NCBI GenBank assembly: GCA_039714095.1
Contig: JBDLJZ010000001.1
Span: forward strand, 1-55,093
Reading direction: 5' to 3'
DNA from: Nanobdellota archaeon
Lineage (GTDB): Archaea; Nanobdellota; Nanobdellia; Pacearchaeales; GW2011-AR1
DNA length: 55,093 nucleotides
Part shown: positions 25,834-36,738 of the stretch, one piece after another
Layout of the letters: every line of letters starts with the position of its first letter
How positions within the stretch are numbered: the stretch's first letter is position 1
The notes under the pieces: generated by a model
Databases searched by the model: none
What the model was told of the DNA's origin: nothing
Seen by the model: only the letters and a program-made list of their open reading frames with translations
Program-made: the position numbers and the translations under genes

Positions 25834-26688
25834 ATGATATACATTCCAGTTTTAGGAGCAATGGCCCTCGCATCAGGCATAATTTTGCAAAAGATAGTTT
25901 TAAAGAGAAAAAGAATTGACATTAAACTTTATCAGACACTGGAATTTTTCGCAATTGTTTTAGTAATGTTGCCTTTAATTTATTTCTTCTGGAAACTTGA
26001 TGCTGAAGCACTTCAAATGAAAAATATTTTTATTTTTTCTTTAGTAATTTTATTTTCCATCGCAGCAAATCTTTTTACTTTTTATTCTGTAAAATGGGAA
26101 AAAATAAGCAATATTGAACCTGCTAAAATTCTTGAACCTCTTTTTGTTATAATTCTCGCGATATTTTTTAGTTATGTTGTAGACGGAAATCTTTTTGATA
26201 GAAAACTTAGTGTGATTATTCCTGCATTTGTAGCTGGATTGGCATTAATTTTTTCACACGTGGAAAAACATAACCTAACATTCAATAAATATTTTATAGC
26301 TGCAGTGTTGGGGAGTTTTTTCTTTGCACTTGAACTTGTTATCTCAAGACTTATTCTTGATTATTATTCTCCAATGACTTTTTATTTTCTAAGAGGAATT
26401 TCAATATTTTCACTTAGCCTTATTATTTTTAGGCCAAAACTCATAAAATTAAAACCAAAAGTCAAAGCTCAAATATTTGTTATTGGATTTATTTGGGTTC
26501 TTTATAGAATTATTGTGTATTATGGATATATTAATCTTGGTGTAATTTTCACAACTTTAATGCTTATGCTCGGACCTATTTTTGTATATTTATTCGCATA
26601 TATATTTCTAAAAGAAAAACTCAAACCTAAAAATATCATCGCAGCGATTGTTATTGTAGCAAGTGTACTTTACGCTACTCTTTCGTAA
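25834..26688 (+). CDS. EamA/DMT-superfamily transporter
   Basis: 284 aa, about 10 TM segments arranged as two halves. Confidence 0.6.
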   Translation: MIYIPVLGAMALASGIILQKIVLKRKRIDIKLYQTLEFFAIVLVMLPLIYFFWKLDAEALQMKNIFIFSLVILFSIAANLFTFYSVKWEKISNIEPAKILEPLFVIILAIFFSYVVDGNLFDRKLSVIIPAFVAGLALIFSHVEKHNLTFNKYFIAAVLGSFFFALELVISRLILDYYSPMTFYFLRGISIFSLSLIIFRPKLIKLKPKVKAQIFVIGFIWVLYRIIVYYGYINLGVIFTTLMLMLGPIFVYLFAYIFLKEKLKPKNIIAAIVIVASVLYATLS

Positions 26689-26689
26689 A

Positions 26690-27424
26690 ATGTTGATTGA
26701 CACTCATGCCCACTTAGATTATTTCAGCGAAGATAGATTAAAAGAAATTTTACAAAATGCAAAAAAACACAGAGTAAAATTAATTATCACAAATTCAATA
26801 AATATAAAATCCTGCAAAAAAAATTTAGAAATTTCTAAAAAATATTCAAAAATAAAATTAGCAGTAGGACTTTATCCTGAAGAAAAAATAATAAAAAAAG
26901 AATTAAAAGATTTCAAAAAATTTGTAAATAAAAATAAAAAAGAAATATTTGCAATTGGAGAAATTGGTATGGATTTTAAATATAGCAAGAATAAGAAACT
27001 TCAAGAAAAAGTTTTCAAGGAACAATTAAAGATTGCTCAGGATTTAAATGTCCCAGCAATAATTCACACACGAGAAGCAGAAAAAGAAATAATAGAAATT
27101 TTAAAAAATTATAAAGGCAAAAAAATACTTCATTGTTTTCACGGGAGTTTTAAGCTCATAAAAAAAGCTGTTGAAATTGGTTGTTATTTTTCTATTCCAA
27201 CAAATGTTGTTAATTCAGAACATTTCCAAAAAATGATTGAAATTATTCCAAAAGATAAAATTCTTACAGAAACCGATACCCCTTATCTTTCTCCATACAA
27301 AAATAAAAAAAATGAACCTGCATTTATTTTTGAATCAATAAAAATTATCTCAAAAATTTGGAGAAAATCAAAACCAGAAACAGAAAAACAAATTCAGGAA
27401 AATTTTGAAAGAATATTCACTTAA
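26690..27424 (+). CDS. tatD: TatD-family metal-dependent hydrolase/DNase
   Basis: MLIDTHAHLD start motif, GEIGMD, HTREA, HCF, ETDTPYL. Start set at ATG 26690, directly after the upstream stop. Confidence 0.9.
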   Translation: MLIDTHAHLDYFSEDRLKEILQNAKKHRVKLIITNSINIKSCKKNLEISKKYSKIKLAVGLYPEEKIIKKELKDFKKFVNKNKKEIFAIGEIGMDFKYSKNKKLQEKVFKEQLKIAQDLNVPAIIHTREAEKEIIEILKNYKGKKILHCFHGSFKLIKKAVEIGCYFSIPTNVVNSEHFQKMIEIIPKDKILTETDTPYLSPYKNKKNEPAFIFESIKIISKIWRKSKPETEKQIQENFERIFT

Positions 27425-27857
27425 ACCAAGAAACAATTTTTAAAACAATTTTTGTAAATGTTAATTTTATTTTTTTACCTAAGGTAGCCCCTTTAATTTC
27501 AATTTCTTTATTCTTAACTTTTTCATTATACAAACCTAAAGAGTCTTCTGATTTACTAATCTCTTCAAGTGTCTTTAAATTATTAATATAAATATAATAA
27601 GTATTATCTTTGTTTTCTTCACATTTCATAGAATTTATTTTTCCCTCTTCAATAATTAAACTTCCACTAAAATTTTCTTCAAGAAGATAAAAATTAAAAA
27701 TCTCATTCTTGTAAGGAACAAATGAAGGAATTTCAAAACCTTCTAATTTTTCTGAATCTATATTTTGACAGAATAATTCAACATCCTGAATACTAATTGA
27801 ACTTACTAAACTAAATCCAAAAACAAAAATCATCAAACTTAAAATCACTCTTTTCAT
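27417..27857 (-). CDS. secreted hypothetical protein
   Basis: Signal-like N-terminus MKRVILSLMIFVFGFSLVSS. Confidence 0.5.
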   Translation of the reverse strand: MKRVILSLMIFVFGFSLVSSISIQDVELFCQNIDSEKLEGFEIPSFVPYKNEIFNFYLLEENFSGSLIIEEGKINSMKCEENKDNTYYIYINNLKTLEEISKSEDSLGLYNEKVKNKEIEIKGATLGKKIKLTFTKIVLKIVSWFK

Positions 27858-27958
27858 TTATTTATAAGTTTTATTTTATTTATAATATTTTCTATCTAAA
27901 ATTGTTGGGTCAATAAAAATTTAAAAAAGTTTATAAAGTATTTTTTCTATAATTAAAT

Positions 27959-28612
27959 ATGAAAAAGATTTTGATGTTAATGTTTTTAGGAATCTTCTTA
28001 ATGGGATTTGTTTTTGCAGCTAATAGGGAACAAGCACAAGATTCAACAGGTCCTTATCATGACGAGATAATTACAGCAGGAGGAATGAATGGAACTCCAA
28101 ACCAAATTCAAACTAATTCTGAAATAAGAAATAGAATTAAAGCAGGAAATTATGATGTTGAAGGAAAACAAATTAGAATTGAAGAACAGGTAAATAATAA
28201 AATTAGATTAAAGTCACAAGATATTTCTGCGGATACTGATTTAGAACTTGAAGAAGATACATCTAATTCTCAAACAAAATTAAAAACTACATTAAGTAAC
28301 GGAAGAAATGCAGAAATTAAAATTATGCCTGATACAGCTTCAGAGACTGCACTTCAAAGATTAAAATTAAAAGCTTGTTCTGAAGAAAATAATTGTTCTA
28401 TAGAATTAAAAGAAGTTGGACAAGGTGAAGAAGTTAGAGTAGCTTATGAAGTTAGAGCAGAAAAACAAGCTAAAGTTTTTGGTTTATTTAGAACACAGAT
28501 GAGAGTAGAGTCACAAGTTGATGCTGAGACTGGTGAAGTAATTCAAACAAAAAGACCTTGGTGGAGTTTTTTAGCTACTGAGGAAGACGAAGTTGTTGAG
28601 AGTTCTGAATAG
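27959..28612 (+). CDS. secreted hypothetical protein
   Basis: Signal-like N-terminus MKKILMLMFLGIFLMGFVFA. Acidic C-terminus. Confidence 0.55.
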   Translation: MKKILMLMFLGIFLMGFVFAANREQAQDSTGPYHDEIITAGGMNGTPNQIQTNSEIRNRIKAGNYDVEGKQIRIEEQVNNKIRLKSQDISADTDLELEEDTSNSQTKLKTTLSNGRNAEIKIMPDTASETALQRLKLKACSEENNCSIELKEVGQGEEVRVAYEVRAEKQAKVFGLFRTQMRVESQVDAETGEVIQTKRPWWSFLATEEDEVVESSE

Positions 28613-28691
28613 TTTATTAAAAAATTCTAAATATATTTAGGAAAGATATAAATAAAATAAATCATTAATTTGTTAAAGAGAATTATTTAAA

Positions 28692-29423
28692 ATGGTAACA
28701 AAAGTTGAAGCAATAAAAAAAGTAATTCAGGAATTTGGAGGGGTTGCAAATTGGAAACAAGTTTATGAGAATATTGAGAAATATTATCCTGCGGCGAAAG
28801 TCAGTAAAGAATGGAAAGCTGGGATAAGAGGTGTTTTATATCGTGAAATAAGAAATAAAAAGAATTTCAAAAAAGTAGGATTAGGACTTTATGCTCTTGA
28901 AGATTACAAAGAAGAAAATATTTTAGAGGAGAAAAAAAATAAAATCAAAATTCATAACTTTATCCAAGGGGTTTTAGTTGAAACGGGAAATAGAGAAAAA
29001 TTTGAAACTTATACTCCAGATAAATCAAGGAAATATAAAGAGAATATTCATTTATTTCAAATCCAAACTTTAAGAGAAATTCCAGAATTTACTTATCCTG
29101 AATTGATTGGAGATATTAAATGGATTGATGTTTTATGGTTTTCAAAAGAAACATTAAAATTCCCAATAAAAATTTTTGAGGTTATTGATAGTATTGGAAC
29201 ATTATCAAAATCATTAAGTAGATGCCTACAATTAAGAAATTTTAATGTAGAAATTTTTATTGTTGCTCCAAAAGAATACAAATGTAAATATAATAAGGAA
29301 ATAAATAAACAGTTATATAATGAATTCAGAAATAAATTTAGATTTATAGATTATGATTTGGTCAAAAAATGGTATAAACTTGCAAAAGAAAAAGAGGAAT
29401 TAAGATTTTTGGAAGTTATTTAA
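28692..29423 (+). CDS. wHTH plus putative PD-(D/E)xK nuclease-fold protein
   Basis: N-terminal Mrr_N/HARE-like AIKKVIQEFGGVANWKQVYENIEKYYP. C-terminal IDVLWFSKE...IKIFEVIDS...IVAP resembles a D...ExK-type restriction-endonuclease core lacking the Lys. Confidence 0.4.
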   Translation: MVTKVEAIKKVIQEFGGVANWKQVYENIEKYYPAAKVSKEWKAGIRGVLYREIRNKKNFKKVGLGLYALEDYKEENILEEKKNKIKIHNFIQGVLVETGNREKFETYTPDKSRKYKENIHLFQIQTLREIPEFTYPELIGDIKWIDVLWFSKETLKFPIKIFEVIDSIGTLSKSLSRCLQLRNFNVEIFIVAPKEYKCKYNKEINKQLYNEFRNKFRFIDYDLVKKWYKLAKEKEELRFLEVI

Positions 29424-29743
29424 TTCTTTAATAATCTGTTTTCTTAATTCTATTTTGCCCACTATTTCAAATTCTTCTGCTTTTTTGTTTAACCAGCTTT
29501 CATATAATTTTTGATATTCTTTTTTGTTTAAATTAAGTTGTTTCAAATCAGATTTATTGTCTTCTTCTAATTCTTCAATAATATTTTGGTTATTTTCTAT
29601 TAGAATTTTTTTTGGAAAACCAATAAAATAATTAAATTATTTCTAACCTTCTCTCAAATTTATGTTATTAACAACCCTCTTCAAAGAAATCTAACAAAGC
29701 AGATTTCATAACAACTAATCCTAAAAAAAATAAAAAAAATAAA

Positions 29744-30490
29744 TTAAATTATCTTGTAAACAGCAGTTACTCTCGCACTAACTTCTTTTTCACCAGGTTG
29801 AATACTTGAAACAGCTTCTTTTGCCAAACCCACGTCCCCCTCTGTAACTCCTGATGAAGAATACAATCTCCATGGATAATATCCAAAGTCATTCACATTT
29901 ACAGAAACTAACTTGCCAACTTTTTTATCAAATCCTATTGCCACTGACTCTGCCTTTGTCTTTGCGTCCTCTGCTGCAAGTTTTATAGCTTCAGCTTTAT
30001 ACTTATTTTGAGATTCCTGACTTAACTCAAAATTAATATAACTTATCCCTGCTCCAGCATCTACCCCAGCATCTATAATCTTGCCCAATTTATCTGTTTC
30101 TTCAGAATCAACCATGACTTTTATTGAATGAATTGCTTTAAAGCCTTTATCAATTCTCTTACCTTCAGTCCAATCATAATCTGGATAAATGTTATAATTC
30201 TCAGTTATAATATCTTCTCTTCCAAATCCTTGATTCCCAAGCGTTGCAACAAGTTTTTCCAATATATCAGAATTAGCATCTTTTGCTTCAGAACTTGTGT
30301 TTCCTTTTGTTTCAATATTAAAATAAACTCCAATTTCATCAGGCATTGCTTTTACAATCGCCATACCCTCCACACTAACAGTGTTCTCTGAACTCACAGG
30401 TTTAAACATAAATAATGCTGACAAAGCTATAATTAAAACTACTGCTGAAACAATCGCTGTTATTGTTATTGTTGTGTTTTGTTTTTTCAT
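29744..30490 (-). CDS. SIMPL/DUF541 (BP26-like) secreted protein
   Basis: N-terminal TM/signal, then VSVEGMAIVKAMPDEIGVYFNIETKG and a C-terminal EVSARVTAVYKI pattern typical of DUF541. Confidence 0.7.
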   Translation of the reverse strand: MKKQNTTITITAIVSAVVLIIALSALFMFKPVSSENTVSVEGMAIVKAMPDEIGVYFNIETKGNTSSEAKDANSDILEKLVATLGNQGFGREDIITENYNIYPDYDWTEGKRIDKGFKAIHSIKVMVDSEETDKLGKIIDAGVDAGAGISYINFELSQESQNKYKAEAIKLAAEDAKTKAESVAIGFDKKVGKLVSVNVNDFGYYPWRLYSSSGVTEGDVGLAKEAVSSIQPGEKEVSARVTAVYKII

Positions 30491-30506
30491 TTTAACCTCC
30501 TTCTCA

Positions 30507-31112
30507 TTATATTTTTTTCCAATTTACAATTGTAAATATGATTAATGTTAAAACTGCCCCACTCAAAAACCAAATCCATAAATTGCCTCCTGCATTACTT
30601 ACTATTTCTTGAGAAACAACTCCTGCAATTTCATTATTTACCATGGATTCATATATACCATCTCTAATTGAAGGCGCATCTGTTGATACTCCTTTTTGAA
30701 TCATCGCTGGAGTTCCTTTAATCTTTTCAAAAACATAAACCCCAAACGTTGACACACCTGTTAACAAAACAACTGGAAGCAAAGATTTTAATTTAGAAGA
30801 AATCTCTGAATTTTTAGGAGAAATTATTACAGATTTATTTGAAACTTTATACATTACGATTTTCTTCCCTTTCTTACTCCAAAAAAAATCTTTCTTTTTT
30901 TCAACCAATCCAGATTTCAAAAGCTTCTTAATATTATAGTCAACACCACTCATTCCAATTTCAAGTTCATCAGAAATATCTTTAGCACTCGCAGACTTAA
31001 TCTCTGCCAAATAATTAATTATTTTCTTGCAAGTTTTATTTCCTAAAACATCTGCTAAATCTTTTGACTTCTCATCTTCTAAAGACATAAGTATAAAATT
31101 ATTATCTTCCAT
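30507..31112 (-). CDS. membrane-tethered wHTH (ArsR-like) regulator
   Basis: KIINYLAEIKSASAKDISDELEIGMSGVDYNIKKLLKSGLVE wHTH followed by two TM segments. Confidence 0.6.
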   Translation of the reverse strand: MEDNNFILMSLEDEKSKDLADVLGNKTCKKIINYLAEIKSASAKDISDELEIGMSGVDYNIKKLLKSGLVEKKKDFFWSKKGKKIVMYKVSNKSVIISPKNSEISSKLKSLLPVVLLTGVSTFGVYVFEKIKGTPAMIQKGVSTDAPSIRDGIYESMVNNEIAGVVSQEIVSNAGGNLWIWFLSGAVLTLIIFTIVNWKKI

Positions 31113-31178
31113 AATATATTTTAGAAAACATAATTTATAAATAATTTGAAGACTTCAAAAGTTTTAGAACTAATAATT

Positions 31179-32786
31179 CTAACCCAATTTATTCATATAA
31201 TCTTCCCCAGCATAATTCATATTTCCTTTCTTCTCTGCTGATGCAATAACATCATCAATTCTTAAAATCATTGTAGCAACTTCAGTGGCAGAATTAATTG
31301 CCTGACTCTTGATTTTATAAGGTTCAATAATTTTTGCGTCAATTGAACTTTCAACTTTGTTTGTAAATAAATTAATTCCTGCATGAATTTCTCCAGCATC
31401 ATGCTTTGATTTTAATTCTGTTAAAATATCAATAGGGTCAACTCCAGCGTTTTCAGCCAAGGTAATCGGCACAAACTCCAATGCCTTTGCAAATTCTTCA
31501 ATTGCTAACTGCTCTCTCCCAGAAAGAGTTTGCCCAAAATTTCTTAGTCTCTTTGCAATCTCAATTTCAACTGCCCCCCCTCCTGCCACAACCAATCCAG
31601 ATTCTAAAGAACACGCAACATCTCCCAAACCATCTTTCATTGCTCTTTCAATTTCATCAATAACATGTCCTGTCCCACCACGAATTAAAATTGTCAATGA
31701 CTTAGGATTACTACAGCCTCTAACATAAGTAAAAACATCATCTCCTTGTTTTACCTCTTCAACAATTTGCGCATCACCCAATTCCCCAGAAGTAAGTTCA
31801 TTTAAATTACTAACAATTTTTCCTCCAGTTGCTTTTGCAATTTTTTCAACATCACTTTTTGCAACTCGCCTACACACATAAATTTTTTCCTTAGATAGTA
31901 AATATTGCGCAAACTCATCAACCCCTTTTTGACAAAAAACAACATTTGCCCCAGAATTTTTTACTCTTTCAACAATATCTTTAATAATTTTCTCTTCTTG
32001 ATTCAAAAAACCTTGTAGTTGTTCAGGAGATGAAATAGAAATTTTTGTATCAATCTCAGGATTTTTTAACTCTAAAGGAAAATCAACCAAAGCAATTTTA
32101 GCATCATTAATTTTTTTAGGCATATCTTTTGAAACCTTCTCCTTATCCAAAATAATCCCTGAAATAAGTTCACTCTCTCCAATACTATCTCCTTTTGCTT
32201 TTTCAATTTTAATATCATCTAAATCAATTTTATTATTTTCTTGTATTTGTTTAACAGCTCTAACAATTATATTTGCCAATTTTTCTTTAGAATCCTCAGC
32301 ACCCTTACCAGTCATAGCAGTCATTGCAATCTGTCGCAGAACTTCCTCATTTTCAGAGGTGATTTTCAAAGCGATTTCCTTTAAAATTTCTTGAGATTTC
32401 TCAGCAGCAATCTTATAACCTTTAGTAATAACAGTAGGGTGAATTTTTTTATCAAGTAAATCTTCAGCATTTTCTAATAATTTCCCAGCAATCATAACAG
32501 ATGTCGTTGTTCCGTCCCCAACCTCGCTTTCTTGCGTCTTTGCAATTTCAACCATCATTTTTGCAGCAGGATGTTTAATTTGCATTTCTTCCAAAATAGT
32601 CACTCCATCATTAGTAACAATAATCTCATTAGTTGGAGAAACAAGCATCTTATCCATACCTTTAGGACCCAAAGTTGTCTTCACAACATCTGCAACCATT
32701 TTTGCCGCTAAAATATTATTTCTCTGTGCATCTTTTCCAATAATTCTCTGAATATCTTCTGGCATAAGATTTACTGATTTATCCAT
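31179..32786 (-). CDS. ths: thermosome subunit (group II chaperonin)
   Basis: [18 protein letters not shown] and VGDGTTTSV motifs. 535 aa. Confidence 0.95.
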   Translation of the reverse strand: MDKSVNLMPEDIQRIIGKDAQRNNILAAKMVADVVKTTLGPKGMDKMLVSPTNEIIVTNDGVTILEEMQIKHPAAKMMVEIAKTQESEVGDGTTTSVMIAGKLLENAEDLLDKKIHPTVITKGYKIAAEKSQEILKEIALKITSENEEVLRQIAMTAMTGKGAEDSKEKLANIIVRAVKQIQENNKIDLDDIKIEKAKGDSIGESELISGIILDKEKVSKDMPKKINDAKIALVDFPLELKNPEIDTKISISSPEQLQGFLNQEEKIIKDIVERVKNSGANVVFCQKGVDEFAQYLLSKEKIYVCRRVAKSDVEKIAKATGGKIVSNLNELTSGELGDAQIVEEVKQGDDVFTYVRGCSNPKSLTILIRGGTGHVIDEIERAMKDGLGDVACSLESGLVVAGGGAVEIEIAKRLRNFGQTLSGREQLAIEEFAKALEFVPITLAENAGVDPIDILTELKSKHDAGEIHAGINLFTNKVESSIDAKIIEPYKIKSQAINSATEVATMILRIDDVIASAEKKGNMNYAGEDYMNKLG

Positions 32787-32886
32787 TATTAAAAAATACA
32801 GAATTTTTATTTAAATATTATTGTAAAGTAAAAGTCACTTTTAAGTATTGAATAACTTTTATAAGTATATTAATCCTATTTAATTT

Positions 32887-33450
32887 ATGAGAAATATACT
32901 TATAGCTGATGTAATGACACGAATACCTATAATTGTGACTCCAGAAACAAATCTTTTAGAATGTGCAAAAAAAATGGTGCGCAAAAGAGTAGGAAGCCTT
33001 CTTATTATAGATAAAAAAAGACTTGTAGGATTTATTTCTCAAAGAGACATACTTTGGGCATTAATCAAAAAATCAAAAAAAGATTTATCTTCAATAAAAG
33101 CAATTGATATTTCTCCAAAAAAAATAGCAACACTTACACCGAATATGACAATAAAAGATGCTATTAAAAAAATGAATAAATCAAAATTTGAAAGATTGCC
33201 TGTTGTTTATGAAAAAGAATTCGTAGGAATGGTGACTTCAAAAGATATTTTAAATTTTAATCCAGAATTATACCCTGAACTAGAAGAACTTGCTAAGATA
33301 AGGGAAGAAACAAATAAACTCAAACGTATAAAAGTTGCCCAAGAAAAAGGAACTTTTAACGAAGGAATTTGTGAAGAATGCGGAAACCAAGGAATTTTAT
33401 ATAGATTTAACGGCATGCTTGTTTGCGATTCTTGTAAAAACCAAATTTAA
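32887..33450 (+). CDS. CBS-domain pair protein with a C-terminal zinc ribbon
   Basis: Two CBS-like repeats (VMTRIPIIV...VGFISQRDIL and LTPNMTIKDA...VGMVTSKDIL) and CEECG...CDSC. Confidence 0.8.
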   Translation: MRNILIADVMTRIPIIVTPETNLLECAKKMVRKRVGSLLIIDKKRLVGFISQRDILWALIKKSKKDLSSIKAIDISPKKIATLTPNMTIKDAIKKMNKSKFERLPVVYEKEFVGMVTSKDILNFNPELYPELEELAKIREETNKLKRIKVAQEKGTFNEGICEECGNQGILYRFNGMLVCDSCKNQI

Positions 33451-33458
33451 TCAGTTAA

Positions 33459-33791
33459 TTAAATCCAAAATAATAATTTTTCTCTAAAAAAATAAATTAA
33501 AGTTATAAAACCAAATAAGAGCAATAGAGAAATTTTTGAATAATTATCTTCGTGATTTTTGCCACCAATTAAAAGATACCCTAATTCATCTACAAATAAA
33601 CCAAATCCAATACTGAAAATTACAACACTATTAAATAAAATTCCCAATGGAGCTAATATTGCGCCATACATATAATGATGAAATCTAATTCCTTTAATTG
33701 TTGGACTAGGGGTGGGATTCACATATAAAATAATTCTTGTTAATAAAATAGTAATGAGAAAAATTATAAAAAAATAATTTTTTATTTCCAT
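33459..33791 (-). CDS. integral membrane protein
   Basis: 110 aa with three to four TM segments. Confidence 0.5.
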   Translation of the reverse strand: MEIKNYFFIIFLITILLTRIILYVNPTPSPTIKGIRFHHYMYGAILAPLGILFNSVVIFSIGFGLFVDELGYLLIGGKNHEDNYSKISLLLLFGFITLIYFFREKLLFWI

Positions 33792-33841
33792 TATTCTATT
33801 TAATCAGTTAAATATTTAAATCTAATTCTTCTATTTATTTT

Positions 33842-34348
33842 ATGGCAGAGAGGGATATAATTTTTAATAATGAAGTTAAATACCAAGGAATTTTTAATTA
33901 TGGAGAATTCTATAAATTTTGCTATGATTGGTTAATGGAAGAAACTCAACTGGATTTTATTGCAGAAGAAAAATATAATGAAAAAATTGAAGGAAATAAA
34001 AAAAAGATAGAAATCAAATGGGTTGGACAAAAACAAATAACTGATTTTTTTAGATTTGATTTTGAAGTAAAGTTTAAAATGCTTCAATTAGAAAAAATTG
34101 AAATTAATCAAGGAGGAATTAAAATTAATACAAATAAAGGTATGGCTGAGATTAAAATGAAAGGAATTCTTGTAAGAGATTACAAAGGAAAATTTGAAAA
34201 AAATGCACTTCAGATATTTTTAAGAACCGCGTACGAAAAATGGATAATTCCTGGAAGAATTGACCAAATGGAAGGAAAACTTTTTGGAAGTTGTGATGAA
34301 TTTTTAGCCCAGGCAAAAGCCTTTCTTGATTTAGAAGGCAAACGATAA
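33842..34348 (+). CDS. hypothetical protein
   Basis: 168-aa ORF. No motif. Confidence 0.5.
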   Translation: MAERDIIFNNEVKYQGIFNYGEFYKFCYDWLMEETQLDFIAEEKYNEKIEGNKKKIEIKWVGQKQITDFFRFDFEVKFKMLQLEKIEINQGGIKINTNKGMAEIKMKGILVRDYKGKFEKNALQIFLRTAYEKWIIPGRIDQMEGKLFGSCDEFLAQAKAFLDLEGKR

Positions 34349-34407
34349 ATTTTTGATATATCTCTTTTTATAGATATCTTTAAATATATTTTATTAGTGA
34401 ATTTATT

Positions 34408-35769
34408 ATGAAAAAAATATTTTTACTGTCTTTTTTAGTTTTGTTACTACCTTCTTTATTAGCGCTGAATATTAATCTTGAAAAAGAGAACAATCAAGGA
34501 GTTATGGTTCATGGAATTGATGCTCCTGCAGTTTTTAATCTAAAAATAACAAACCTTGACAGAAATATGGAATTGAAATTCATGAATTTTTTAGGATTTG
34601 TAATTGAGCCAGAAATAGTTGAAATAAAAGAAGACGAGACAAAAGAAATTCAATTTAAAGTTTATCCAAAAGCAAATTTTAATTATCTTGGTTATTATAT
34701 TTTTAAGTACAGTATTTTTAAAGGAGAGGAACGTCTTGACGATGAATTAATATTAAAGTTAATTGAATTTAAAGACACATTTGAAATCGGAGCACAGGAA
34801 ATTGACCCTGAGTCAAGTTCTTTGGAAGTATATGTAAAAAACAAGGAAAATTTTAATTTTAAAGAACTTAATGTAAAATTTTCTTCAGCATTTTTTGAAT
34901 TAGAAGAAGATTTTAAATTAGGTCCAAACGAAAAAAAATCTTTTAGTGTGAATTTAAATAAAGAAGATTTTAAAAAATTAATTGCAGGATTTTATACTCT
35001 TAATGCTGAAATTACCTCTGCAAATGAAAAAGCAAATTTAGAAGGAGTGATAAAATTTCTTGAAAAAGACATTGTAACAACAGAAAAAAAAGAATACGGA
35101 TTTATTATAAGTTCAAAAATTATTAAAAAAGAAAACAAAGGAAATGTAATTGTTGAAACACAAACAACAATCAAGAAAAATATCATCTCAAGATTATTTA
35201 CAAGTTTTAGTCCTGAACCAGGTACAATAGAAAGAAAAGATTCTTATGTTTATTATATTTGGAACCAAAGTATAAAACCTGGAGAAACCCTTGAAATCGT
35301 TGTAAAAACCAATTGGTTGTTTCCTTTTATTTTGGTTTTAATTATTGTTTTAATTATTATTGTTGTAAAACAATCATCAAAGAAAAACCTTGTAATAAAA
35401 AAGAAAGTTTCTTTAGTAAAATCCAAGGGTGGAGAATTTGCATTAAAAGTAACATTGAATCTTCACGCAAGAAAATATATGGAAAGAATAAGATTAATTG
35501 ATAGACTTCCGCCGTTAGTGAAAATTTATGAGAAATTTGGAATAGAAAAACCAATAAAAACTGACGAAAAAAACAAAAGAATTGAATGGGCTTTTGAAAA
35601 ACTTGAAGCAGGAGAGACACGAACAATTTCTTATGTAATCTATTCTAAAGTTGGAATCTTAGGACGATTTATTCTTCCTTCGGCAATTGCGATTTTTGAA
35701 AGAAACGGAAAGATTTGCAAGGAAACTTCAAACAAATCTTTTTTAATGGCTGAGACAAGTGGGAAATAG
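34408..35769 (+). CDS. secreted, membrane-anchored hypothetical protein
   Basis: Signal peptide MKKIFLLSFLVLLLPSLLA. TM segment WLFPFILVLIIVLIIIVV near residue 305. C-terminal ~130-aa domain. Confidence 0.6.
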   Translation: MKKIFLLSFLVLLLPSLLALNINLEKENNQGVMVHGIDAPAVFNLKITNLDRNMELKFMNFLGFVIEPEIVEIKEDETKEIQFKVYPKANFNYLGYYIFKYSIFKGEERLDDELILKLIEFKDTFEIGAQEIDPESSSLEVYVKNKENFNFKELNVKFSSAFFELEEDFKLGPNEKKSFSVNLNKEDFKKLIAGFYTLNAEITSANEKANLEGVIKFLEKDIVTTEKKEYGFIISSKIIKKENKGNVIVETQTTIKKNIISRLFTSFSPEPGTIERKDSYVYYIWNQSIKPGETLEIVVKTNWLFPFILVLIIVLIIIVVKQSSKKNLVIKKKVSLVKSKGGEFALKVTLNLHARKYMERIRLIDRLPPLVKIYEKFGIEKPIKTDEKNKRIEWAFEKLEAGETRTISYVIYSKVGILGRFILPSAIAIFERNGKICKETSNKSFLMAETSGK

Positions 35770-36471
35770 TTAGAATTTATTTCGTTCAGAAGTTGTTTCA
35801 CTCTCACAGCTTACCATTTCATCAATGTATTTATCAGATTCAATTTCCATAGAAATAAAATGAACGGTGATATTAATTAACTTTTTCAGATCTACTAAGT
35901 CTTTGTCTTCCCATTTTTTTACATAGTGGGTTTCATCATTCCCTATCCAAGTGGCTCTTTTTGCAATTTCTTTAATTTTTTGATTGTTTATCATTTCAGA
36001 AATACAATTACCTAAAAATTTACTTTTTATTTCTTCTTCTTTATCAGAATCTTTTTTAATCAGATAATCTTTAATTAAATATTCTAATGCTTTTCTATAA
36101 CCTACCCCACAAATTTCTAGTAAATTTTCTTGTTCTGCAAACTCTGATTCCAAATAAATTTTAACAAAATTCTCAGAGACATCTTTTATTTCCTTCGCAA
36201 AATTTGTTAATTTATGATTTCCTTTTGAAAATTTATAAATACGGTAACATCCATCTGCAGATCTAGAAGAATAACCAATAAAAGAAGCTACACATTTTTT
36301 ACATTTAAAGAAAATTTCTGCAAACTTATCTTTTGTATACAAAAAACACATTGGCTGTGTTTCAATTTCTCTATGACAAAAAGGGCATTGAATTGATTCA
36401 TCCAAAGACAATTTTAAGGTATGTTGTGTTCCTCCCAATCCAAATCCATTTATTATAATAGAATCTACCAT
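35770..36471 (-). CDS. zinc-ribbon plus DUF4145 domain protein
   Basis: CPFCHRE...CKKC N-terminal zinc ribbon. C-terminal GVGYRKALEYLIKDYL...WIGNDETHY is typical of DUF4145. Confidence 0.6.
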   Translation of the reverse strand: MVDSIIINGFGLGGTQHTLKLSLDESIQCPFCHREIETQPMCFLYTKDKFAEIFFKCKKCVASFIGYSSRSADGCYRIYKFSKGNHKLTNFAKEIKDVSENFVKIYLESEFAEQENLLEICGVGYRKALEYLIKDYLIKKDSDKEEEIKSKFLGNCISEMINNQKIKEIAKRATWIGNDETHYVKKWEDKDLVDLKKLINITVHFISMEIESDKYIDEMVSCESETTSERNKF

Positions 36472-36715
36472 GAAATTTTTAATATTTAGTCCTATAAAAA
36501 ATTAATTGTAATTAAATATTCTATATTTAATAAAAATAAACGGGATCTTTCAATCCCGTCTTTATCCACACACCACAACTCCCAACCACACTTGCGGTTT
36601 TTAGAATTTGCTTCCAGGATTTAGTGCAAGTGTAATTGTTCGGATTCGAAAGGGGTTGAAATTAAAATTTCAAAAAATATTTTTGAATTTAACCTGTGAA
36701 AATCTGTGAGAATGA

Positions 36716-36734
36716 AAGGGGCATAAAGCCCCTT
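36716..36734 (-). terminator. hairpin immediately downstream of tRNA-Tyr
   Basis: Minus strand reads AAGGGGC-UUUAU-GCCCCUU followed by a U-rich tract, 4 nt after the tRNA 3' end. Confidence 0.4.
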
Positions 36735-36738
36735 ATTA

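Noticed and set aside
36539-36715. Possible additional ncRNA downstream of tRNA-Tyr (hairpins ACGGGAU/AUCCCGU at 36541-36560 and CACUUGC/GCAAGUG around 36589-36638)
   Set aside because: I could not fold it into a tRNA, C/D-box, SRP or RNase P-like architecture, and no box motifs were found. I noted only local hairpins, which is too weak to call a gene.
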